64,000 nt of DNA. Origin: Takakia lepidozioides. Taxonomy: Eukaryota > Plantae > Bryophyta. The notes below the pieces were generated by a model. It did no database searches. It was not told where the DNA came from and saw only the letters and a program-made list of their open reading frames with translations. Of this stretch, positions 12,347 to 24,778 are shown one piece after another (the first letter of the stretch is position 1; each line of letters begins with the position of its first letter). Location of the stretch: contig CM060733.1 of the NCBI GenBank assembly GCA_030704615.1, positions 69,998,001 through 70,062,000 of the forward strand, given 5' to 3'. The position numbers and the translations under genes were made by a program.

Positions 12347-13880
12347 GAGCCTCCCTTGGCTTATCTCCCCGCCACCCTTCTCATTCCTCGGTCCACGCGT
12401 AAGGCACACATTCTAGAAACGACCGCCACCATGGCGGTCGCTACATTTAAAAAAAACAACAAAAAAACGACCGCCAATACTGGCGGTCGCTGTATTTAAG
12501 AAATTAAACAATAAAAGCGACCGCAAGTAACGACGGTCGTTCTATTAAATTTTTAAAAAAAAAAAACCGATATTACTGGCAGTCGCAACATTTTCAGAAA
12601 ATTAAAAATATACAAGCGATCACCAGTAATGGCGGACGCAATGAAAAATAAAAGCGACCGCCATAATTGGCGGTCGCAGCATTTTCAGAAATTAAAAATA
12701 TACAAGTGACCGCCAGTAATGGCCGTCGCTCTATCTTAAAAAAAACAAAAACAAAAGCGACCGCCAATAATGGCGGTCATACATAAGTTGTGTGGAGAGG
12801 AAGTGAGGGGAGAATGAGCCTCCCTTGGCTTATCTGCCCCCCCCCCTCTCATTCCTCGGTCCACGCGTAAGGCACACCTTCTAGAGGCGACCGTCATTAC
12901 TGGCAGTCGCATTAAAATTAAACAATAAAAGCGACCGCTAGTAACGACGGTCGCTCTATTAAAAAAACCAAAAAAAATAAAAACGACCGCCATAACTGGC
13001 GGTCGTAGCATTTTCAGAAATTAAAAATATACAAGTGACCGCTAGTAATGGCGGTATAAAAGCGACCGCCATAACTGGCCGTCGCAGCATTTTCAGAAAC
13101 TAAAAATATACAAGCAACCGCAGGTAATGGCCGTCACTCTATTTTAAAAAAATAAAAAAACAAAAACGACAGCCAATAATGGCAGTCGTTCTATTTTATT
13201 TTATTTTTAAAAATGCGACCGCCATTACTGGCGGTTGCTATATTTTTCAAAAATTAAAAATATACAAGCGAACGCCAATAATGGCGGTCGGTTTTTTTTT
13301 TTTTTTTTATAAATGATCACCAATAATGGCGGTCGCTCTATTTAAAAAAATAAAAAATAAAAGCGATCGTCATTACTGGCGGTCGCTGCATTCTCAGAAA
13401 TTAAAAATATACAAGTGACCGCAAGTAATGGCAGTCAAATTAAAAGTATTTTTAACTTTTTTAATATTGTTTTTTAAATAAATATTTTTAAAATAAAGCG
13501 ACCGCCATATTATGGCAGTCGCTGTTTTGTTTTGTTTTGTTCTGTTTTTTAATTAAAGCGACCGCCATATTATGGCGGTTGCTGGTTTTTTAATATATTC
13601 TTAAAATAAAGCGACCGCCATATTATGGTGGTCGCTGGTTTTTTTAATATATTTGTAAAATTAAGCGACTGTCATATTATGGCGGTCGCTTATTTTTTAT
13701 ATATTTTCAAAATTATGCGACTGCCAATATGAAGGTTGATATTTTTATATTAAAAAATTAGACGACCGCCAATGCGACCGCCAATTTTTTTTTTTTATTA
13801 AAAAAAATTAAGCGAACGCCATGGTCGCGGTCGCTCTTATTTCTAAAATTCCGAAATATAAAGCGACCGCCAGAATAAGC
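12347..13880. repeat. Array of GCGACCGCCA-N4/5-TGGCGGTCGC palindromes in A/T-rich spacers, probably a DNA-transposon subterminal or internal array
   Basis: Many degenerate palindrome copies about 40-55 bp apart. A ~70-bp block is duplicated at 12347 and 12816. Confidence 0.8.
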
Positions 13881-14076
13881 AATCGCTTTCATTTTATTAT
13901 TTTCCAAAATGTATTTGCTATCGCCATCGTGTCGGCGACGTGGCTGCTTAAGTGGCAATATTTTACCTGGTACTTTTTTTACTAGAATATTTCCGGAACC
14001 TGACATGACGGAGGTCCCGTCAGCGTCAGGTTTGACGTGACCTGACGCTGACTGACGGACGTGACGCTGATAACCG

Positions 14077-17000
14077 GGATTTAGATTATGTCTGAGACGA
14101 CCATGGAGGAGCTCTGGCGTCAAAATGACCGTAGGAAGCTGCATCGACAGCGAGTTAGGCTATCAATTCGGTACTAGTAACTACAACGTGCACCTATTCG
14201 AAACAATACATGGCGACTGTTCCAGTCCCAGATTGCGATATCTCTATTCTCCCACCTTTCAAGTCCAGTAGGAGCACGCGGCGAGGAGTCTTGGCAATTG
14301 GAGGAAACAATCTGTACAGCGATGAAATATCGCGACAAAAGCAAGTGCTGCATCGGAGCAAACGACGGATGAAGGAGCTTCCGACGAAGTTTTGAACTCC
14401 TCAGCGATGCAAAATGTGTAGGAGAAAACTGCAGATGATCTGTGACCCAGTAGCAGGGCCAAAGACCCCCTGGGGGCACCACCAGTATTTTTATTGTCAG
14501 GAAGCGGCAAGCGCACGTCTCCGCCCCTACGGCCCGCAGCCGATATGGGTCGGACCACCTGGTCGCGGCTCCTCTTCCACGGCAGACTGCCTATATGGTG
14601 AAACCATGAAAACCAACCAAAGGTGTGGCTTTTCTTCCCCGATTTCTTTGAGATTTTACGGGCAGCTACGAGCTAGCTAATTATAATTTATCAAGTTTGG
14701 GGATTTTTGGAAGTGATGAAAGACGACATCAAATTATCACGCCGGAGGCAGTTGCGAAAAGCGATTAAATGAAATTCTAGTTCATCCAATGGATGAAAAC
14801 TAGAAATTCGATCTGCAAGCTGGAGGGATGAGAAGACAACCTAGCGCCAACTGGTCATCCATTGGATGGATGAAAAACCAGATTTATCATTAACACCAAG
14901 GTTTTCCATCCATGGTTATTATTTTATGGTGTTATATCGTTTTTAAATTATAGACTCATGTAGGAAATAATACTTTAAGACTATCCTTCACTAGTTTAAG
15001 AGGCCCCAAAAACACAATAAAAGAAGAGCAGGCTCCTCTTGTTATTCAATCTAGTCTCATTTCCTTGTTTTGGCCTCTTGCTTGTGTAGTTAGTTTTGAG
15101 CTTGAGGGAGCTAGTTCCTAGAGAGTTGAGCTTGTGGCTCTCTAGTAATAAAAGCAAGAATAGTGAGAGCAGGATAGTCCTAGCTCAAGGCCTTGTGGAC
15201 ATTTGAGGCAAGAAATAGAGGAAGCGCTCCATGAAGTGGGAGACTTGAGGACGAGTAGGAGTGCCGGAGGAGGACCAGATTTGAGTACCATTCTACCGAG
15301 CGATTTAGTGTATCCCAAGTACCACTTGTTTTAGAGGGTGACTTATTATACTATCTTGACCTTTGAATTCGTTTGTTTCATTTGTTGTTCAAGCTTGTTC
15401 CAAAAAGGGACCTTATAGCATTGCTTGCTAAAAATCTATAAAAACTAACCCTCTTTCAAACAGGATGTGTGTGCATCTCTATGTACATGTGTGAAGAGCA
15501 CAGGTGTGAAGCCCCAGGAGACAGGGCCTTAGGAATCTAACCCAATTACATCATGGAAGTGAGGGTAGATGTACATTATTATGCTTAAGGAGAGGGCGAG
15601 CTCGCATGAAGTGACGAAGTGTCAAATTTCCCTTTCTAGCTTAGTGGCAACGGCCACATTCCATGAGACGGCGAAGCTATCGCCAAAATTTCCATATTAT
15701 TAAGTTCATATCTATGTTCATAAGCCCCCTGGTCATAGAGGACCATAGGAGGCGTTGCTAACTAGCTTTATAAGTGGTTAAGCTATTTTGTAGAGAGCTG
15801 CCAAAAAAAGCAGAGCCCAGCACTAAAGTGCCGGCACCTTAGGCGCCTTTGGGCTGGAGGTCAACCAATGAGGTTGCCTAGAATCGCCATGGAAAGGCGC
15901 ATCTAACACGGGTGGTGCGACCTTTCCCCGTGGGGGGAGTTGACCCCTGGAGCAAAGTACGGGTTGTTGGTACACTGCGTGGTAGCACCAGGCGCCATAG
16001 CTGGGCCCGCGCAGGTACGACACGAGCGGCAGAGACGACGGAGCCTGCTATTACCCAATGGACCCGCGCAGGCGGCGGGCCAGTCATGCCGCACCACGTA
16101 GCGCTGGTCGCGGGGTATCGGTTTTAACCGCTGGATATTACGACGGACCCCGCCAAGGACTGTTGGTCCTTGGGACGGGTATTTTAAGGGGGGTTTTCTC
16201 CCTATGCCTTTGATTTCTTGTGCACTATTCATGGTGTTATTCTTGCATGTGAATGAGGGCGTGTTTTAGCAAAGGATAAGGAATGGTTGGAACCATTGGA
16301 TAGGCCCCAGTGAGGCCATCAGTTTGATATGTATTCCGCGGCTTGTGAAAGCACGGCTCACGGGTGGATGCCACAGGCAGAGAGAGAGAGAGCCCAAAAA
16401 CAGGGAGGAGAGAATCCTTGGTAGGCGTTTCACAAGGTAGAAGATGACATGTTCCAACTTCGTTCTAGGCTGGTTGCTTGCATAAATTAATCAGATTATA
16501 TTGAAAGTAGGTGGAAGAGGCGCAGGGAATGGACCCTGGGACCCACTCAATGTTTAATCATTGTTTACACACCAGGGTGGCGATCAGATGAGAAACTGAG
16601 GGGCGGCAGATTTTATTTATCTTGGCCCGGTGATGGTTTTAAGTTGCTAATGCGTTATTGATTGGTTTGGTATAGGAATTAGGGGCGCTCCCAAGTGGAG
16701 AGCGGTTCCCCAATGCTCCCGATATAAATGGCGTTCCCAGGGTGTTCCCCTGGTACCTTGAGGGTAATTTAGTTAGCTCCAGCATCCCACGATGATTCTC
16801 TATTTCTACGAATTTCATGCATTTGTAGGAAGGTTTTAATGATTTGTTCTTTATTATTCAGCAGGGTAATTCGCCTTTATTAAGGGATTTATCCGGACCC
16901 CCTTAACTTTAAAAACGGAAGTTTTAAAGGAGGTATCGTCCCCTTCCGCCAATGATATTTGAAATCAAGTACCCGACCGCTGGGGGGGGGGGCTTGGGCC

Positions 17001-17588
17001 AAGGAACGGCAATTGTTTTATTAGATCTCCGAAATCACCTAGAGGTTTGAATTGTTATCGTTCACCTGATGGATTGACCATTGAGATTGAATTTTGGATC
17101 GCTCTAAGCATGAGAGACTGACTTGGGAAAGCGGATCCGGTCCCTTCCTAGGAGGTAGGACACTAATCCACCTCGAGATTTAGGGGGGGGCATTGGACGG
17201 GAGATAGATGATCCCCGTCTCCCTGGGCTCGAGATTCGTTTTGTGAAGGGATTTGAAGGTTTGTCCCGGCTATAAGCGTGTTGGGAGTCCTGACATGTAG
17301 GAAGTAGTAATAAACAAAGACTTGGAAGGCAATTATGATTAGAGACGTAGAAAACCCATAAACAAAACGTAGGACTTGGAAACGCAAATCGCCCTGTGAA
17401 GTGGAGTTGTTAAGCTTTGCTTTGCTGGTAGGAAGTTAGACTGTTTAGATCCGTCCATAGCTACCACGGACCCCTGCACTTACCACAGCCGGGTAGACGG
17501 TTCGTTGAGCCCAACCTACACCGCAACTTGCCACGACCCCCTAGGCTAGTATGTCGTCACCCTGGCCGCGCGCAACCAGGGCTCGTCA
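14077..17588 (+). repeat. 5' LTR of element 1 (first ~200 bp missing)
   Basis: Colinear with 24976-29106. Ends GGGCTCGTCA just before the PBS. Confidence 0.88.
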
Positions 17589-17593
17589 TATTT

Positions 17594-17611
17594 TGGTGCG
17601 TCTGCCGGGAG
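17594..17611 (+). promoter_or_regulatory. Primer-binding site complementary to tRNA-Gly(UCC)
   Basis: TGGTGCGTCTGCCGGGAG is the reverse complement of the plant tRNA-Gly(UCC) 3' end (CTCCCGGCAGACGCACCA, recalled from memory). It lies 5 nt after the LTR end. Confidence 0.85.
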
Positions 17612-17831
17612 ACAAGTGAAAGTCAGGTTTCTCCGTGGTAAGAATGAATGAGGATTTACTGACCATTATTCTTTACCTTGATCTTACTATCGCACTCTGT
17701 TTGATGTTGTGCATCTTTTGTTCGTGTCTCACGCCCAAGGAGGCTGATTGACTATTTTCTGTACATGTAAACAGATTTATCACACTTAAGTGTGCATTGA
17801 GCTAACCTCATGGCTCTCCTTGAGTTGCAGT

Positions 17832-18743
17832 ATGGCTGCATCGTCTGGAGCTCCCCGCCAGGAGCATTCATTTGAGTACTGCGTGATCGGACTCTATCGC
17901 ATTATCTCCGGCATCAGGACTGGAGATGTGCCTGGCCCAGAGGCCACAATAATTTGCAGATTGATGCGACGGCGCATCTTGACCATTGCAGAGGAGTATC
18001 GGGAGTATTGGATCTCTACCCGGGTGGGACCCCGAGGCCTCGGAGCCCGGACGGCTCCCATCTCCACATTCTTCCGGTTCAACACCCGTTGGCCGGGTTG
18101 TTGCCAGCCACCTTTCCTCGCTTATATTCATTTTGACTCGGCCCTTGAGGTCCATCTTGCTTGGCAGGTGTCTTATTTGGCATGTTGTGCGCTGTACTGC
18201 ACCATCACCGACACCCTGCTGTATACGCGCAGCAGGACGATTTGACGATCGGCCCCATCGAGAGAGTGCATAGGACGTGCTCTTTGTGGCCATCGCCCCG
18301 CCTTTGTGGATTGGCTGATTGGGATAGGACCAGGAGAGAGCGGGATTGAGGGCGAGAGTCTCCCACATCCGAGGAGGTCTTGCCGACCCTTCCTGCCACC
18401 CCGATATTATCACCGAGGGACCACACCAGCGTCCCTTATCCGTGAGTTGATTACGTCCGGTTCACTGTCATTGCTGCACACAGTTAGAGAGCGGCCAGCA
18501 GAGAGTTCTTTCTTTGCATCACCTACTACAGTTCGTGGGTTGATCCCATTGGACCCAGCCCAGCCAGCAACCTTTCCTTTTGGCCTGAGGACTCCTCGGA
18601 CATATCTACCTCGGTTACCACATCACGTGGTACATGCGGCTTCTTTAGTAAAGAGTGCCCCGAGTAGACCTATTGAGTACACTTCCTCAGAGGAGGACGA
18701 GGATGAGCCCGCCTCCAGTAGTCGTCAGGATCTGAGTGATTAG
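17832..18743 (+). pseudogene. Extra ORF 1 upstream of gag (uncharacterised Cys/His domain with acidic tail), disrupted
   Basis: ATG at 17832 follows an AG acceptor. ORFs 17790-18245 and 18306-18743. Shares a motif with extra ORF 2. Confidence 0.5.
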
Positions 18744-18932
18744 TGTGGAGATTTCAGGAACTTCTAGCGTGAGGGGTCCTGAGTCTTCATTTTGGGTGGG
18801 ATGCAGTAGTGAGAGGCGGTTATGCACTGTTGTATTAAACCAGCCAGGCTACATTATGTTCATCTCATCGTTCCTTGATTAACGCAGTGTGCAAACAAAT
18901 GTGGAATTGTTAAGCACAATTAAGAAGCTGGT

Positions 18933-19342
18933 ATGTCCTTTGACGAAAACGTGAAGTGCATTCGACATCGGTTTTTCCACAAACCCTTATCTACCCGGGA
19001 GAGGATCGAAGAATATATCCGGTATCTGGGAGAAAAAAAGTGCATAAGAAACGTTGGATTGACGAGAGAGTTTGGAATACCCGAATTCTTCCAGACGGCA
19101 CCACTCAAAAAAATTATTGGTGCCCAGATAGATTTGTGTTTTCGGGTTGTCGCTGCCCAGGTATTTACTTGGGAGCATTACACCCGAGATCATCCCTCCT
19201 AGCCCACTTAAGGTGGCAAGTTGATTTCTTTACTCATTGTGAGTCTTGCCAGTTCTTTGCAAGCCAACATCTAATACTCCGATCCGAGTGCTCGCATTGT
19301 GAAGGTTGGTTATCCCTTAATGCACCATCGATTGCACACTGA
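18933..19342 (+). pseudogene. Extra ORF 2 upstream of gag (paralogue of extra ORF 1), frameshifted
   Basis: WIDERV..GCRCPGIYLGALHPRSSLLAHLRWQVDFFTHCESC. Its stop is 1 nt before the putative gag ATG at 19344. Confidence 0.5.
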
Positions 19343-19349
19343 CATGCCT

Positions 19350-19750
19350 CCATCGCCACGATTTCATGGAGTCGCATAGCTCCCTGAATCGCATTTCGAA
19401 GTCTGCTACCTCCTCTGTGGGGCCTTGGCGAATCTTTGCCAATGCCATCAAGACACTGGTGAACTGGTGGACTGCCCGAAAATGGTCTAGAAATGCGTCC
19501 CGAATCTGCTGCCAAGTAATAAATATACCTATTGCCAATATCAAGTAGATGCTCTTCCCCTCATGGTTGTGGGAAACCATATCAGCGAATAGGCATCGTT
19601 TAGTGCTTGGTTAGAGTAGCAACATTGAATGAAGCTTTTCACATGATATTCTGGATTTTCATGTGCTTCCCCGGAGAACCAAGGCAGATGCCTGGGCAAT
19701 GTTAGCAGGGGTAAACCTGCTAGAACCACAATGGGTACCTCAGTTGATGA
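19350..19750 (-). pseudogene. gag: Inverted gag (Retrotrans_gag) fragment inside element 1
   Basis: Minus strand reads LPWFSGEAHENPEYHVKSF..FPTTMRGRA..ITWQQIRDAFLDHF..LAKIRQGPTEEVADFEMRF. Confidence 0.8.
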
Positions 19751-19751
19751 G

Positions 19752-22700
19752 TATTCTTACGCACTCCTACTAGGGAGGCCATGGTTGGTCCAGTCCCGAG
19801 CTTGAACGGACTGGGAGGCAGGTACCATCACTTATGGGATAAAACCTTACACGACTACAGTCGCTTTTCTTTCGGGAGCACCTCACCACGAAACAGATGA
19901 GGATGAGCTCAACATGATTGGTTCTGAAGAGGAATCTGCAGACTTGAGTGAGGAGGACTGGTGGACAGATGAAGAGATCCATCCAACGTCACATGCCCAC
20001 CGAGTATTAGCAACCAGCACCGCGCCTCGCAGGGAGGTTACGCGAAGGAAGGTAGGACTAGAGGATGTCGTCAAGTCCCTAGGTCCGGGTTTATATGAAT
20101 GCAAGTCTGATGCAGACTGCATCGCCTGGTTGTTTGGAGAAAACCAAGGCAAGGAGGTGATGGTACACTCGGTATCAACCGAGGCACTTCCAGAGTTCGA
20201 ATCACTAACCGAGCTCTTCTCGATATCCGCCAAACAGGTTGGTCTGCATGAACCGGAGATTCCTCAGGAGGAGAACGGCGAGATCATTGACATGCGAATT
20301 GTAGAGGAGCCCGACCTAGAAAGGGTTGTGATGAAACATAGTGCCCCCTACATTCCATATTTATAACAAGGGTCAAACGGATCAAGGTTTGAACCAAGAT
20401 CAACCTTCACAGCCGAGCCAACAACGCAATTGGTCGATATGGCGGTGGGAGGAGAATCATCCAAGATGGTGAAGGTTGGATCCCATTTGACAGTAGAACA
20501 GACGGCAGAGTACCAGGCTTTGTTCAAAGAATTTAGAGACATCTTCGCGTGGTCCTACACCGAGTTGAAGGGGGTGCCTTCTTATGTGGCCATGCACTCT
20601 ATTCCCCTAATTCCGGGAGCTACACCATGATGGCAGCGAGAAAGAAGGGTGATTCCCAATCTGGCCCTTCTCATCAAAGCAGAAATAAAAAAACTGCTAG
20701 CCTCTGAGTTTATCTTTCCAATGGAGACATCAGCATGGGTGTCCCCCATGGTGATCGTTCGGAAAAAGAACGGAGGATTAAGGGTATGTGTGGACTTCCG
20801 CCCTCTTAACAAGGTAACGCACAAAGATCATTTTCCCTTACCGTTTATAGACACATTAGTGGAAGAAATAGCATGGAAGGAACTCTACTCTCTCATGGAT
20901 GGATTCTCGGGCTACAATCAAGTGTTGATCGACCCGAAAGATGTGTTGAAGACCACATTCACCTCACCCTGGGGAACATTTGCCTACACAAGGATGCCCT
21001 TTGGCTTGTGCAACGCACCCCTGACATTTCAGAGGGTCATGACGTATGCTTTCTCGGACATTGTGAGAAAGAATTTAGTCATTTTCTTAGATGACTTTTG
21101 TTGCAACGGGGATGCGAAGGATCACCTTGTGGCACTACAAGAATGCTTCACCCTGTGCAGAGAAAATGGGATATCTCTCAATCCAATGAAGTGTGTATTC
21201 GCAGTCACACATGGACTGCTACTGGGACACATAGTGTCCAGAGACAGTGTGGCGACAGACCCAGCAAAAGTAAGCGCCATCATCAAACTTCCCGCACCAG
21301 AGACGTCGTCCAAAGTGAAGGGGAATCCTTGGCCACACAGGGTGGTATAGGAAATTTATGGACAAGTATGCAGCAGAGGCATTACCTCTGACTCGACTAT
21401 TGAAAAAGAACCAGGTATTCTCCTGGGATGTAGGGTGTCAGGAGTCTTTTGAAATGCTCAAGGAACGATTGGTGTCTGCACCAGTCTTGGTAGCTCCGGA
21501 TTGGAACACGCTTTTCATGTTTCTGTTGATGCTTCAGCGGTGGCAGTAGGATGTGCCCTTTGCCAACCAGACGCTGAGGACCATGATCATCCAATATCTT
21601 TCGCCAGTCGACAGCTGACATTCGCTGAGACTAGGTATAGCACCACGGAGCGAGAGGCTCTGGGAATGATTTTTGCCGTACAGAAGTATCGGCATTATTT
21701 ATTGGAGACCCCATTTACATTTTTTGTTGATCACATGGCATTGCAATACTTGATTAACAAACCTGACCTGACAGGGAGAATAGCAAGATGGGTCATTTTA
21801 CTTCAGGAATTCGACTACAAGGTAGTCTACAAACCGGGAAGGCTGAACACCCAGGCTGACCACCATCTCTCGCGGTTGTCAGAGAAGATAGGGGACGAGC
21901 CTATTGACGATGACTTTCCGGATGCCTTCTTATTCTCGATTGAGACGGTTCCTCCTTGGTACGAGCACATTGCTCAGTATCTTAGCACCCTGGAATTTCC
22001 ACCATGAATGGATCGACACGCACGAAGACAACTTCGATTGCGCAGTATGAAGTTTGCCCTTGTGGGAGGGCAACTTTATAGGAGGGGATTGGATGGACTC
22101 TTGAGGTGATGCGTCACTCCAGAGGAGATTCCCCAGATTTTAGAGTCAGCTCATGACAGCATGTGCGGAGGACACTTTGCAGGGCGACTCACGGTCCAAA
22201 AGGCTTTGAGGGCAAGATATTACTAGCCCTCCATGTTCAAAGATGCACATATACATGTGCGAAAATGCGACTCTTGCCAGAAAATACGCTAAAAGGGATA
22301 ACAGGCTTGGGATGTTGTTAGTTCCCACTCTCCCCCTTGCTCCGTTTGAGAAGTGGGGAATCGACTATGTAGGGGAAGTGCACCCTGCTTCAAGTCGACA
22401 AAATCGCTCCATCATCGTAGCCACCCAGTATCTGACCAAGTGGGTAGAGGCCAAGGCGGTCAAGAGGGCCAACGCCCAGGTAACCGCCTCTTTCATTTAT
22501 GAAAATATTATTTCCCGATTCGGATGCCCCAAGGAGATAGTGAGTGACAGGGGCTCTCACTTTATTAACGACATCATCAAGGAAATGATGGCAGTATTCT
22601 CCATCAAGCATCGCAAGGCTACCCCCTATCACCCTCAGACAAGTGGTCAAGTAGAGTGCGCCAATCAAACCTTGTGCAACATCCTCTCCAAAACAATTAG

Positions 22701-23205
22701 GGAGCACAAGCGGGACTGGGACACCAAGTTGATCTCAGCTTTGTGGGCGTTTCGCACTACACATAAGGTAACCACTCAACACACCCCCTTTTCATTGGTT
22801 TACGGGGTGGAGTCCATTATGCCCATCGAAACAAAGATTCCCTCATTGCGACTGGCCATCACCGAGAGATTGGCAACATCCGAGTCCCTGAAAGAACGAC
22901 TCGAGATGCTGGAGGGGTTAGACGAGCTTCGGCAGGCAGCAGCTCAAAACATTGAGGCCGTCCAGCGAAGGAGAAAGGCTCGGTTTGACCTGAAGCGCAA
23001 AAAGAGGATTTTTGATCCAGGAGATCTGGTATTATTGTTCGATAGCCGGAATGAGGAATTCAAGGCCAAGTTCGACTCATACTAGATGGGGCCCTATCTT
23101 GTCAAGACAGTCTTTGATAACGGCTCATTACAATTGGAGACACTGAGGGGAGTGGAGTTCCCCAATCTGGTGAACGGTGTCCGGTGCAAGCACTACTACA
23201 TGTGA
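19752..23205 (+). pseudogene. pol: pol of element 1 (protease C-terminal half, RT, RNase H, integrase) with stops and frameshifts
   Basis: YALLLGRPWL; LRVCVDFRPLN, MDGFSGYNQ, MPFGLCNAP, FLDDF; VDASAVAVG, YSTTEREALG; WGIDYVG, IVSDRGSHF, YHPQTSGQVE; ends GPY..KHYYM*. Confidence 0.92.
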
Positions 23206-24767
23206 GTTCCTTTAACCAATGAGTTCTTCCCCCATTAAGGGAAAGGTGCTAAGGGAGATCTTAGTGGCCTTTGCCTTGTCGGGAGAGATCTTTAGGATTT
23301 CTACCCGGTTTTTCGGAAGGAAATGTTGGTATTTCCTATCCATGACAACTAAGTTGCAATCATCCAATGAAACTTCTCCACTGGGAAGAGGTCAATAGGA
23401 CTCTTACCCGTTAGGTTGTTGTACACCCTTTATTGGAGTTCCAAAGGTAGACCTTGGGATGCGGGGCAACGTCGTTGCAGTACAGAGGTGATTTGTTCTC
23501 CACTTATGTTGTGGGTAGTCATTGGAATTCACAAGGAAAGACCTTGGGATGCGGGGCACATATAGTGCAGTAATCTAATCCACGTTGTAGAATTAGATTT
23601 TTGTTGATATGGCATAAGCTATGAAAGCTATGACTATCCAATTGCCAATGTAGAAGACTTCATACATCTTCGTTACTAATCACGTGTTGTGAGTTTCTCT
23701 ATTTTCTTCTTCACCAAGTGAAGAACCACAGGTGCAGGAATAGGAACAATGGGATGGCTAATATATGCACTCTTGTTCAATGCACACTGTTGATCATTAC
23801 TTGTTTTTTTATCACATAATATATCTGTGTTTGCTCAAAGCATATCTCGAGAAAAAGTAAGTGCTTGCTGCATCAAGCACTCTGCAGTATACTGATGCTC
23901 CCTGCATGAGGCACAACGACTTCCCGCACGGGGATTCTAACCTTAAACCTTTTGTCATTTTCACCTTGCCCCGCTGCAGCATTCCTCGAAGAGAGAGAAA
24001 AGTCAAAAGCAGTGAGGGGGTAAAAGGTGAATTGTAGAGCAGTGGTTGCTGCTCCCCTCACACGAGTGAAGGATGTTCGGCATAGGAAAACCCAGAAAGG
24101 CCTGTGACCTTTTAGCATTAGGATTAGCATATGTTGCTTCGTCTATTACCAGAGTGTGGTCCTCTGAGGTTCAGAAAATATCCAATCTTCTTAGGTGTCT
24201 CACCATGAACTCTGCGATCCTGCGAGTCATGAGGATAGTTACCAGAGTGTGGTCCTCTGAGGTTTAGAATGTATCCAATCTTTTCTGTTGACGCGGGAGC
24301 TGCTCTTTAGCCCTCCCAGATGCTTCATGTTTAGGGGCATTTAGGCCCGTCCGAGCTCGAGTCGAGGCCCTAGCATTTTACAATGAGTTGTGCAAATCCA
24401 TGAGAGGTCCCTACAAGCCATATCAGTAGTAGTATAGAACCAAAGTCCTTCCAAGACTGTGTTAGAATATGATCATCAAATTGCACCGCGCATATCTCTC
24501 TTGCATCATCTAGGGGATTCGAACCGAGTCCGGTGGGGGAGAATGGCGGTTTTGAAGTATTTTTTATTTGGGAACTCCAACTCTCTCCGAAGAGGGCGAA
24601 TCGGGTGGTTTTGAAGTATTTTTTGGCTTTTTGCTTTTATTTTTCCCTCCTTTCTCCCGGAAGACTTGAACTCTCTCCGAAGAGGGAGAGCTGAAGGGAA
24701 ATTACTCTTTATTTTTTTCATGTCACATAAGAGAGTCGTTGACTCCAAGAGATATCAGTGATACCCT

Positions 24768-24778
24768 AGTAGGGGGAT
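24768..24778 (+). promoter_or_regulatory. Polypurine tract of element 1
   Basis: AGTAGGGGGAT directly precedes TGTGCGAACC, which is roughly complementary to the LTR end. An equivalent tract occurs at ~35020. Confidence 0.6.

Noticed and set aside
12420-13880. CRISPR-like array
   Set aside because: Spacers are low-complexity A/T tracts that repeat, and lengths are irregular.
14089-14100. TGTCTGAG as the true 5' LTR start
   Set aside because: Homology with the 3' copy extends upstream of it, there is no PPT at the equivalent site, and no TSD is found. A better PPT/TG junction is at 24779.
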